Positions 26,586 through 35,275 of a stretch of DNA of 64,000 nucleotides are shown here, one piece after another; within the stretch, counting starts at the first letter, position 1, and the number at the start of each line of letters is the position of its first letter. The translations under genes and the position numbers were made by a program. Source of the stretch: a virus; the IMG/VR virus record IMGVR_UViG_3300045988_073070. One strand, given 5' to 3'. Below the pieces are notes generated by a model. That model ran no database searches. It was given only the letters and a program-made list of their open reading frames with translations, and was not told where the DNA came from.

Positions 26586-29500
26586 CCGAAAGTTTACAAA
26601 AATGGATTGAAGAAAATCATTTGGTAATATCAGAATCGTCTTTGAATGGTTCTGATATTATCTCTATTGAAGGCATGGGAACATTCTTATACCTTCACCC
26701 GTTTGACGGGAAAATAATTGACGAAGATTTTGGCTTTATATTATCCGATGAAGAATTTGATATGTTGGATGAGGCGAAAGTGAACTTCATTCTATTTGAG
26801 TTTGGTCAAAAATTCTATTATTCGGGAATAAAGAAAACCAAAAACCGCTACAACGAATTAATCTTCAAACCTCAATTCAATGACTTCAAATATCTTGGAG
26901 TAACAAGCGAGGAATTTATAATGGACTTTTCTCACTTGGGCGTTCATTCGGAGTACGAAATATTGAATGGCTCTGGCGGTTGTGAGGTATGGGCAAAGAA
27001 AGCTAAATTCACTGGCGTTAAGGCTCTTGGAATATGCGACCGAAATACTTTGGCTGGAGCTTTATCATTCCAGAGCTTTTGCGATAAGTATGGCGTGAAA
27101 TCGGTTATCGGAGAAACCATAACCGTTGCCAAGGACTATGATGCTGAAAAAGAGAATCAAGAAACCTTTGAACTGAAAGCCTACATATTGAACTACGAGG
27201 GGTGGAAAAACCTTTTGTTGATTAATAAGGCTATGAACGTAGATTACAACGGATTCATTCCAGACAATGAATTGTATAAGCGAGGAAAGGGATTGGCGTT
27301 GGTCATACCCAAAGAATCGGAGTTCAATTACATTAAGGATGAAAAGAAGGAAGTTATCAAGCTCATAGCAAAGTATAAGAAGCATTTTACAAGAGTTTAT
27401 TATCAGATAGACACCGTTGAGTACGTTTCGGATTCTTTATTCAAGAAGCACTTGGAAAACATTGATACATATATCTGCGAATATAAGAAATATGTCAAAC
27501 CAATTCTCATAAATGATTCCTACTATCTTGACCGTGAAATGCACGAGTTGAAAGGAGTTCTGAACAAGGTATTAGGAAAAGCAGCACCCGAAGCATTGAA
27601 CCAATATTTCAAGAGTTGTCGAGAAACGTTTGATGAATATGCCGATTGGCTTGACGAGGTTGAACCGTTATTCCAGACAATCATAGAAGGTATTGAAAAT
27701 GCCAACCGATTAGCAGACCGAGTTGACTTCAAGATTCCTTCGGGAGAAAGAAAGCTGCCTCACTTCGAGGTTGATGACCCAGTAGCACTGTTCTTCGATA
27801 TGTTGGAGAAAGGAGTTCAAGAACGTCTTTCACATCTTCCAAAGAAAGAGTTTGAAGTGTATATGAAACGCTTGGAAATCGAATGTAATGTAATTGTACC
27901 GAATGACTTGGTTGATTACTTTATGATTCTTTGGGATATAATCAATTGGTGTAAAAAGAATGGTATAATGGTAGGCACTGGACGTGGTTCGGTTTGCGGT
28001 AGTCTTGTCGCTTATTGTTTACACATTACAGATGTTGACCCATTGAAATACGGATTGATGTTTGAACGTTTCTTGAACGAAACACGTGTATCGGGAGAGC
28101 GAGCAAAGTCAGCCGATAGTATGCCCGATATTGATGTGGACTTTCCAACGGAACACCGAGATGCGGTGAAGAACTATATCAAGGATAAATATGGGTATGA
28201 TTACACTTGTTCTATCGGAACGTACACCCGAATGAAACTCAAGACTTGCTTGAAGGACTTCGCCAAAGTAAAGGGTTTGCCGTTCGATGTAATGAATAAA
28301 CTCACGAAGGATATTGACGACCAAATTGAATACACTTGGGGAGACTTAATTGAATACGCAAGTAAATCGAAAGCCTTGTTCAAGTTCGTTCAGGAGAATC
28401 CTGATATTGTTCATTTGACGAAATACGGCATGTTACAATGCAAGGCTGCTTCGGTTCACCCTTCTGCTGCGATTATAGTTCCAAAGCATACGGTTGATGG
28501 AACAAACCGAGAAATTGATATTTGGGAATGGATGCCCGTTAAGAAAATTGATGGCGTTCTTGTATCGGAGTGGGAAGGTAAATACATAGACAAGTCTGGA
28601 TTCTTGAAAGAAGATATTTTGGGACTTAATCAGCTTGATAAGTTCAAGAGTATGGAGATATTGATTCAGAAGAACTACGGGAAAAAGATTGATTGGAATC
28701 AGATTCCTTTGGACGATGAAGAAACATTCAAATATTTCAAGAGAGGTTGGAATGAGGATGTATTCCAATTTGGTACACAAGGCTTGATGAATTATAGCCG
28801 ACAAGTGAAACCTGATACTTTGGCGCAACTAATAGCCATGACGGCTCTATTCCGACCTGGCCCAATGGAGCTTAATGCACACTCAGATTTTGCCGATATT
28901 AAGAACGGAAAGAAGAAGCCAACATACGACTTCGGAATGGAAGAGATAACTGGGGAAACCTTTGGATTATACGTCTATCAAGAGCAAATCATGAAGGGTG
29001 TAGTTGTGGGCGGTTTAACCGAAGTTGAATCAGACATTCTCCGTACTACTATCAAAAAGAAAGACGTCAAGACACTATCATCATATGGCGAAAAATTCAA
29101 AGAAGGATATTCAAAATTATTGGAGAAAAACGGCATAGAGAATCCGAAGGAATATGCGGAGAAGGTATGGGCAAAATTGCTTGCTTTCTCTGGATATGGT
29201 TTCAATAAATCTCATGCTGCGGCTTATTCCATAATGTCCTATTGGAGCCAATATATGAAAGTTAATTATCCGTTGGAGTTTTGGACAACTTCTTTGCAAT
29301 ATGCCAAAGAGGGTGAAGTGCCATACCGATTAGCGGAGTTAAAGAAAACAGGCGTTGAAATCGAAATACGACCGCCAGATGTTAATTTCTCCGAGCAAAC
29401 ATTCACTTGTGACCCGAAAGAACAACGCATCTTCTTCAGTTTAACAAAGATTAAGGATGTTGGTGAAAAGGTAGTTCCATATATCATGGCTGAACGTGAG

Positions 29501-30121
29501 AAGGGTGGAAGATTCTTTTCATTGGAAGAGTTCGTTGAAAGAGTTCCGTCAAAGGTAAACAAGAAAATCATAGAGAGGTTAATTGTTGCGGGAGCTTTTG
29601 ATATTGTTGAAAATGTAAAAAATCCGAGAGATAGAAAGAAGTTGTTGCAATGGTATCTTGATTATAAGAAAGCCGAAATGCCGAAAGATTATCAAGTGCC
29701 CGAAAGTGAAACAAATTCATTTTGGGTATTCGAGCAAAAACGTTTGACGGGATTTGGTGAAGTAGATTATGAGACAATGATTCGGGATGCTATTCCAAAT
29801 AAAAGAGTGGCAAAGTTATACGTTAATGACTTTGAGTTCTCCAATACGAAGGAAGGCAAAGAAGCCACAATTGCAGGCAAGTTAATATACTACCAAGAAC
29901 GTAGCATCAAGAACGGAACAATGGTCAGCGTTAATATAGACTGTAACAATACTATCATACCCGTAACACTTTGGCCAGATGCGGTTGAGAGACTTCCTGA
30001 AAATATATCGGAGTATAAAAACCGAGTTGTGGCAATATCTGGACGGGTCAAGAAAGATAAGTTCAAAAACCAAAAAGTTCTCTATTCAGATGATAGAACA
30101 AAAATTTATATAATATCGTAA
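26582..30121 (+). CDS. dnaE: DNA polymerase III alpha subunit (DnaE-type, C-family)
   Basis: PHP 'HLGVHSEYEILNG', 'GICDRNTLAG', catalytic 'MPDIDVDF', 'FLKEDILGL', 'FNKSHAAAYS' and a C-terminal OB-like region. About 115-aa N-terminal extension. Confidence 0.95.
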   Translation: MTESLQKWIEENHLVISESSLNGSDIISIEGMGTFLYLHPFDGKIIDEDFGFILSDEEFDMLDEAKVNFILFEFGQKFYYSGIKKTKNRYNELIFKPQFNDFKYLGVTSEEFIMDFSHLGVHSEYEILNGSGGCEVWAKKAKFTGVKALGICDRNTLAGALSFQSFCDKYGVKSVIGETITVAKDYDAEKENQETFELKAYILNYEGWKNLLLINKAMNVDYNGFIPDNELYKRGKGLALVIPKESEFNYIKDEKKEVIKLIAKYKKHFTRVYYQIDTVEYVSDSLFKKHLENIDTYICEYKKYVKPILINDSYYLDREMHELKGVLNKVLGKAAPEALNQYFKSCRETFDEYADWLDEVEPLFQTIIEGIENANRLADRVDFKIPSGERKLPHFEVDDPVALFFDMLEKGVQERLSHLPKKEFEVYMKRLEIECNVIVPNDLVDYFMILWDIINWCKKNGIMVGTGRGSVCGSLVAYCLHITDVDPLKYGLMFERFLNETRVSGERAKSADSMPDIDVDFPTEHRDAVKNYIKDKYGYDYTCSIGTYTRMKLKTCLKDFAKVKGLPFDVMNKLTKDIDDQIEYTWGDLIEYASKSKALFKFVQENPDIVHLTKYGMLQCKAASVHPSAAIIVPKHTVDGTNREIDIWEWMPVKKIDGVLVSEWEGKYIDKSGFLKEDILGLNQLDKFKSMEILIQKNYGKKIDWNQIPLDDEETFKYFKRGWNEDVFQFGTQGLMNYSRQVKPDTLAQLIAMTALFRPGPMELNAHSDFADIKNGKKKPTYDFGMEEITGETFGLYVYQEQIMKGVVVGGLTEVESDILRTTIKKKDVKTLSSYGEKFKEGYSKLLEKNGIENPKEYAEKVWAKLLAFSGYGFNKSHAAAYSIMSYWSQYMKVNYPLEFWTTSLQYAKEGEVPYRLAELKKTGVEIEIRPPDVNFSEQTFTCDPKEQRIFFSLTKIKDVGEKVVPYIMAEREKGGRFFSLEEFVERVPSKVNKKIIERLIVAGAFDIVENVKNPRDRKKLLQWYLDYKKAEMPKDYQVPESETNSFWVFEQKRLTGFGEVDYETMIRDAIPNKRVAKLYVNDFEFSNTKEGKEATIAGKLIYYQERSIKNGTMVSVNIDCNNTIIPVTLWPDAVERLPENISEYKNRVVAISGRVKKDKFKNQKVLYSDDRTKIYIIS

Positions 30122-30131
30122 ATCAAATTGT
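30117..30131 (+). promoter_or_regulatory. start-codon-abutting tandem motif
   Basis: 'cgtaaatcaaattgt' overlaps the dnaE stop and lies directly before the ATG at 30132. Confidence 0.6.
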
Positions 30132-30773
30132 ATGTTAAGCAAAATTATTTTAGGCAAGTACCTGCAACGACTTGACAACATCAAGCAATGGCAGGAAATG
30201 GACGTTTTCAAGGAAGAAAGCGTGAGTCAACATTCGTATAAAGATTCAATTTTTGCGAGAGTATTATTGGAAGATATATTCGGCAACAATCAAAGTCCGA
30301 AGGTAGTTCAGTTCAAATTAGATGTAGTTACAAGAACACTTCTTCACGACTGGGATGAAGCCTTGATTCTACGAGACATGTCTCACGAGACCAAATACAA
30401 TCCTTACAACGGAGAGGAAATCAGAAGGTGCTTAAATGCCCTTTCCAATCATATTGCGTTGAATGAGTTCCGAGAGGTTGACGAGGATTCTTGCGACACG
30501 GATTCGTCACGTATGATGTGGGGAATGATTTGCGCTTGTCCAGAGCCAGTAAAGAGTTTTGCTAAACTATGTGATTGGATTGCGTTATTCTTTTATATGC
30601 AAAGGGAAAAGCATCTGGGCAATAAGGACTTGGAGAAATCTTGGAACATTGCGGCAAGTAAATTTCCCGAAGCGATTGACAATGTAATAAATGTGTTGAA
30701 GGGATATTTCCCGAACGAGAAATTGAACTTTGATGAATTGTATAACTTAAAAACAATTTTTGAAGATGAGTAA
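30132..30773 (+). CDS. HD-domain phosphohydrolase, YfbR-like 5'-deoxynucleotidase
   Basis: 'LQRLDNIKQW', 'ESVSQHS', 'LLHDWDEALI' and 'KLCDW ... EKHLGN' follow the YfbR pattern RL..I.RW / ENVSEHS / HD..E / K.aD...E..GN. Confidence 0.65.
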   Translation: MLSKIILGKYLQRLDNIKQWQEMDVFKEESVSQHSYKDSIFARVLLEDIFGNNQSPKVVQFKLDVVTRTLLHDWDEALILRDMSHETKYNPYNGEEIRRCLNALSNHIALNEFREVDEDSCDTDSSRMMWGMICACPEPVKSFAKLCDWIALFFYMQREKHLGNKDLEKSWNIAASKFPEAIDNVINVLKGYFPNEKLNFDELYNLKTIFEDE

Positions 30774-31068
30774 ACAGGAACAGGGTAAAGAGATGACCAA
30801 AGAAAGTATCAATGGCATCTTTGATGGCATGACTGATACGTTGTTGAAGAAGAATGCCGACTACAAAGGAGCGAGTTTTGACTTGGGTTTGAACGGGAAT
30901 ATGGTTCATATTTGGGACAAAGTTAGAAGATACAGAAGTATGGTGGAGAATCAGAATCACGGAATCACGCCAAACTTTGAAGGTATCGAAGACACTTTGA
31001 AAGATATTATTGGCTATGCCGTTATTGGCTTGCATATCTTGAAAAAGGAAAACGAAGAAAAGGAGTAA
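30766..31068 (+). CDS. DUF1599-like / MazG-like all-alpha nucleotide-binding protein
   Basis: 'LLKKNADYKGASFDLGLNGNMVHIWDKVRRYRSM' resembles the K.xDYG ... dK..R pattern of DUF1599/MazG-like proteins (from memory). ATG at 30766. Confidence 0.4.
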   Translation: MSKQEQGKEMTKESINGIFDGMTDTLLKKNADYKGASFDLGLNGNMVHIWDKVRRYRSMVENQNHGITPNFEGIEDTLKDIIGYAVIGLHILKKENEEKE

Positions 31069-31075
31069 CATCAAT

Positions 31076-31597
31076 ATGGAAAAGAAAGTAATTACCATTG
31101 GCGGTCAAACCTACGTGTTAAGGTTTGATGACTTTGACGAAGATGTTGATATTGATTCTTTGTTAAAGATAGACTATTCCAATTTAATCGGAGAGCTTAT
31201 CACCTTCCCAGTCATTGTAAACCGTTTTGGTCAATTGCTTGCGGAAGCCGAAAGTCAAGTTGCTCTTGCTAAATTAAATTTGGAAGTAACGGAAGCCAAA
31301 CTCAAAGAATCAATGCGAGTTAAATTGGCAGACCGTAACGGGAAAGCTCCGAGCGTTGACGCTGTAAATTCTGCTGTTACGTTGGAGAAGGCATATCAGG
31401 CAATGCGTAGGAATTTGATTGAGAGACAAAAGACAAGAGACTATATGAATTCAATCTTTTGGTCAGCCAAAGATAAGAGCGAAAAGTTGGATAAATTGTC
31501 TTTGACTATTCAGCCGAATGATTTGCCCGATTCGGTTATCGAAGGTAGAGTGAACAACGTTCTTATAAAGAGAACAAAGAAATTAATTGGAGATTAA
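31076..31597 (+). CDS. hypothetical coiled-coil protein; possible UvsY-like recombination mediator
   Basis: 173 aa, helical and charged. Sits directly upstream of the gp32-like and UvsX-like genes. Only a weak pattern resemblance. Confidence 0.25.
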   Translation: MEKKVITIGGQTYVLRFDDFDEDVDIDSLLKIDYSNLIGELITFPVIVNRFGQLLAEAESQVALAKLNLEVTEAKLKESMRVKLADRNGKAPSVDAVNSAVTLEKAYQAMRRNLIERQKTRDYMNSIFWSAKDKSEKLDKLSLTIQPNDLPDSVIEGRVNNVLIKRTKKLIGD

Positions 31598-31622
31598 AAT
31601 AATTTTACAAATTCAAAAGATT

Positions 31623-32966
31623 ATGGCTGTAAAGAAAACAGAAAAGAAAGGTGGCGCAGATTTGAGAGCGCAACTCAGACCGACTTCAATCAAGAAGTTG
31701 AAGAAGGTTGTCGATGAAGACAATGAAATGGTAGGTGCTCAAAGTAATGAGTATCTCAACCTTGAGGATGGTAAAACGCTCAAGATTCGCATTTTCCCTG
31801 CACACCCTGGTCAAGAAAACTTCTATGTAGCAAAGAAATGTTACTGGTTGACCGTAGAAGGAAATGACGGAGAGCCGAGACGCACGACCGTTCTTGATTC
31901 CGTAGTTCATGGTGGAACAGAGAAAGACTTGTGTGCCGAGTTCATCAAGTACGCCAAAAAGAAATGGGCAAAGGATTCCGAGAAAATGGAGTGCTTCAGC
32001 GGTCAGGATTCGTTGAGCCCGCAATACACCTGGTTGTGCTATGCTGATAAGGTAGTAGCCGATGAAGAACTGCGTGCGAAGCTCTGGGAGTTCAAGAAAA
32101 TGGTAAGGGATGCGATGAACAAATTGGCGTTCTCCGAAGATGAGGATGAACCAATTGAAGTTGACCCGTTCACTGACCCAGACGAAGGACTTCCAATCAT
32201 GGTTAAATACATGAAGAAGCCGAACAAAAAGAAAGGCGAAAACTACTATGAGGTATCATTCCCCAAAAAGGTAACGGCAAGACCGTTGAGCGATGAGGAA
32301 ATTGAATATTTCATGGGATTGAAACCGCTTTCTGAAGTTATCCCGACTTATGCGATGCGAGACTTTGAACGCGCTTTGGAAGGCTTGCAGAACTTTGACG
32401 AAGAACACGACCTTGAAATGTTTGAAGACGAGGGTTGGTTGGAAATCGTTGAGGAAGTAAAAGCTCAGTATGATGCTGAAGATGACGAGGAAGAAGAAAA
32501 GCCTAAAAAGAAAACTTCCAAGAAGGTAACTAAAAAAGCCAAAGACGTGGAAGAAGATGAGGATGACTCTGACGATTCGGATGATGAAGAGGAAGAAGAA
32601 AAACCGAAGAAGAAATCAGCACCCGTCAAAGGCAAAAAGAAACCTGAACCAGAGGAAGAAGATGACGATGAGGAAGCGGACGAGGATGAAGAAGAATCAG
32701 ATGATGAGGACGATTCAGACGAAGCCGAAGATGACGGATTGGATGATATGGACAGAACGGAGTTGAAGAAGTATATCAAAGACAACGGTTTGGAAGTATC
32801 GGTCAAGAAGTCAATGTCAGACGATGACCTGCGTGAAGCTATCCGAGAAGCCATGGATGATTCCGAAGGAGACGATGAAGCGGATGAGGACGAAGATGAC
32901 GAGGAAGAAGAAAAGCCCAAGTCAAAAGTCACAATGAAAGACATTCGCAAAAAGTTGGGTAAATAA
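31623..32966 (+). CDS. gp32-like ssDNA-binding protein with a long acidic/lysine-rich C-terminal extension
   Basis: 'GKTLKIRIFPAHPGQENFY' resembles T4 gp32 'GQAVIRFLPSKNDEQAPF'. 'DPFTDPDEGLPIMVKY..YYEVSF' resembles 'DVTCPWEGANFVLKV..NYDESKF'. ATG at 31623. Confidence 0.45.
   Translation: MAVKKTEKKGGADLRAQLRPTSIKKLKKVVDEDNEMVGAQSNEYLNLEDGKTLKIRIFPAHPGQENFYVAKKCYWLTVEGNDGEPRRTTVLDSVVHGGTEKDLCAEFIKYAKKKWAKDSEKMECFSGQDSLSPQYTWLCYADKVVADEELRAKLWEFKKMVRDAMNKLAFSEDEDEPIEVDPFTDPDEGLPIMVKYMKKPNKKKGENYYEVSFPKKVTARPLSDEEIEYFMGLKPLSEVIPTYAMRDFERALEGLQNFDEEHDLEMFEDEGWLEIVEEVKAQYDAEDDEEEEKPKKKTSKKVTKKAKDVEEDEDDSDDSDDEEEEEKPKKKSAPVKGKKKPEPEEEDDDEEADEDEEESDDEDDSDEAEDDGLDDMDRTELKKYIKDNGLEVSVKKSMSDDDLREAIREAMDDSEGDDEADEDEDDEEEEKPKSKVTMKDIRKKLGK
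32742..32855 (+). repeat. HeH/SAP-like module, paralogous copy B
   Basis: 'DDMDRTELKKYIKDNGLEVSVKKSMSDDDLREAIREAM'. Confidence 0.8.
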
Positions 32967-32988
32967 ACCATGTGACTAAAATAAATTG

Positions 32989-33024
32989 GAGCCAACAGTT
33001 GAAATACATTGTTGGCTCTTTTTG
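32989..33024 (+). terminator. rho-independent terminator
   Basis: GAGCCAACA (32989-32997) / TGTTGGCTC (33010-33018) followed by TTTTTG. Confidence 0.8.
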
Positions 33025-33038
33025 TAAAAGTATATAAA

Positions 33039-34172
33039 ATGAAGAATAATTTAATTGACAAAATCGTTAAGAAGTTTAACAGCGATGATGTTATAAAGTT
33101 CTCCGATAAGGACGGATTCAGCGAGGTCAAAAGCTGGGCACATACGGGCAGTCCTACGCTTGATTATAACCTTCGGACTTTCGGACTACCTACGGGCATC
33201 ATAGAGATTGCGGGCAAAAGCCGTAGTGGTAAAACTACGCTTGGACTTATGGCAATGAAATACTTCTTGAAAGAGAATCCCGATAATGGGGTGGCGGTTA
33301 TCCTTTCCAGTGAGAATCGTGATAACAAGGATTATGCTTTACAACTTGGTTTGCCCGTTAATCAGATAATCATTGTAAAGATACGTTATGTTGAAGCGAT
33401 GTTCTTGCAAGTCAAGAAACTTATCAGCGATGCAAAAGAAGTTTTGAAAGCTGAAAAACTCACGCCCAAGTTCTTCTTTCTTTGGGACAGTCTTGGAGCT
33501 ACATTATCAAAGTCCGAGCTTGAAACTATGGAAGAGAACACCAAGCGATTGGATAAGGAGCTTCAAAAAGGTACGGACGTTGAGGACATTGAATTGAAGA
33601 ACGAGAAAATGATGGCATTCGCCAAAGAAGCGAAGAAGTTTGCGAAGTTCATCATGTCCGAGATGTATAGCAATATCATGCACTTTGTAATGTTGAATCA
33701 TCAATACGAACAAAGCACCATGGGTATTTCTACCAGAAAGAGTACAGGCGGTGAGTGGGTAGAGTTGATGCCAACGATACGTCTATCAATGAAACTCAAA
33801 GGGCACGAGAAGATTGACGATGTAGAGGTTGCCCAAATAACAGAAGTGAAGGTTGTTAAAAACGACTTTGGAAGCCGAAAGAAAACAGACATCAGAATCC
33901 TTCTTGGTTATGGCATTATACTTTCACAGGAAGATATTGAGTATGCTCTTGAGACGGGAATACTCAAAAAAGAAGGAGCAAAGAAGGTATCATTTTTGAA
34001 AGGCAAATTGTCGTGGAGTTCTCCGAGAGAATTATTCAAACTTTACCAAGAACATAACCCAATGCTGAATGTTCTTCATATGAAGATAAAATCGGCAATG
34101 CAAAAGGACTTGGTTGAGTTTAGAAATTCCTTGCTAAATGGAGAAGGAGATGACGAGGAAGATGATGAATAA
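33039..34172 (+). CDS. RecA/UvsX-family recombinase
   Basis: Walker A 'GKSRSGKTTLGL' and Walker B 'FFFLWDSLG'. 377 aa. ATG at 33039 lies after the terminator. Confidence 0.75.
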   Translation: MKNNLIDKIVKKFNSDDVIKFSDKDGFSEVKSWAHTGSPTLDYNLRTFGLPTGIIEIAGKSRSGKTTLGLMAMKYFLKENPDNGVAVILSSENRDNKDYALQLGLPVNQIIIVKIRYVEAMFLQVKKLISDAKEVLKAEKLTPKFFFLWDSLGATLSKSELETMEENTKRLDKELQKGTDVEDIELKNEKMMAFAKEAKKFAKFIMSEMYSNIMHFVMLNHQYEQSTMGISTRKSTGGEWVELMPTIRLSMKLKGHEKIDDVEVAQITEVKVVKNDFGSRKKTDIRILLGYGIILSQEDIEYALETGILKKEGAKKVSFLKGKLSWSSPRELFKLYQEHNPMLNVLHMKIKSAMQKDLVEFRNSLLNGEGDDEEDDE

Positions 34173-34189
34173 ACAGAGTTAATAAGGGT

Positions 34190-35275
34190 ATGAAAAAGAA
34201 AGCAATTGGCATACTAATAAATGACCCGCATATCGACAAGGATAATGGTGGGCTGGTTCAATATATTTTTAGCCAGCTCATCAATCTTTGTAATTATTAT
34301 GGAACAAACAGAATATTCTGCGGTGGGGATATATTCACCAATCGTTCTGGTCAGCCGTTATCTTGTCTCATGGATTGGAGAGATATATTGAATATGATTG
34401 ACCAAGCTGATATGGAAATTCACGTTATCCCAGGCAATCATGATAAGACAGATTCAGACGATGAGAAAAGTTATTTGGATGTTTATAGTGAGCGGTGTTT
34501 TCATCTTTACCGTTCTGGTGTACGTAGGCTTATTGATGGGGTGGTCATGGCATTTATTCCGTACTTCAAAGATGATAAGTGGATTGAGGAATTTCAAAAG
34601 GTTGAAGAAGAAATCGAAGAAAACCTCAAAGACGGGGATATTGACGAGAGTTGGCCAACAATCCTCATAACTCATTCGGGATTCGATGGAGTTGTAAATA
34701 ATGACGGCACAACAGTTAAATCTATTATTAAGCCGTCTATGTTCGATAACTGGACAAAGGTATTGATTGGACATTATCATAACGCAAGTAAGTTAGCGGA
34801 TAATGTTATATATACAGGTTCAGCATACCAAAACAATTACGGTGAAAACATAACCGATAAAGGATTCACGGTCATATTCAATGACGGTTCAACGAAGTTC
34901 ATTCCAAGTAAATTCCCGAAGTATATCAAGGAAGTTATTGACGTTAATGATAAAGAGACGTTGATGAATTTATTGGAGAAATACGGAGACGAAGAACGTG
35001 AGGACTTCATAAGATTCGTATTCCGTGGAAAGAAAGCCGATGCTCATAAAATCAATATATCCGAAATCCAAACCAAATACGGAATAGATTGCAAATTTGA
35101 AGCCGAAGAACAATTGGAAGCTATGGAGATAAGCGAGAATGAAGAAGTTTTGAGCTACGATTCAAAAACGCTTCGACAAGACTTCATCAGATTTTGTTCC
35201 GAAAACGGTATCAAGGGAGAAAAGTTCAAATATGGTTTGGATTTGATAAAACAAGTTAAATATGTGGAATCCTGA
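34190..35275 (+). CDS. Mre11/SbcD-type nuclease (T4 gp47-like)
   Basis: Metallophosphoesterase motifs 'ILINDPHID', 'GGDIF', 'GNHD', 'THSGFDG' and 'GHYH'. Confidence 0.85.
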   Translation: MKKKAIGILINDPHIDKDNGGLVQYIFSQLINLCNYYGTNRIFCGGDIFTNRSGQPLSCLMDWRDILNMIDQADMEIHVIPGNHDKTDSDDEKSYLDVYSERCFHLYRSGVRRLIDGVVMAFIPYFKDDKWIEEFQKVEEEIEENLKDGDIDESWPTILITHSGFDGVVNNDGTTVKSIIKPSMFDNWTKVLIGHYHNASKLADNVIYTGSAYQNNYGENITDKGFTVIFNDGSTKFIPSKFPKYIKEVIDVNDKETLMNLLEKYGDEEREDFIRFVFRGKKADAHKINISEIQTKYGIDCKFEAEEQLEAMEISENEEVLSYDSKTLRQDFIRFCSENGIKGEKFKYGLDLIKQVKYVES

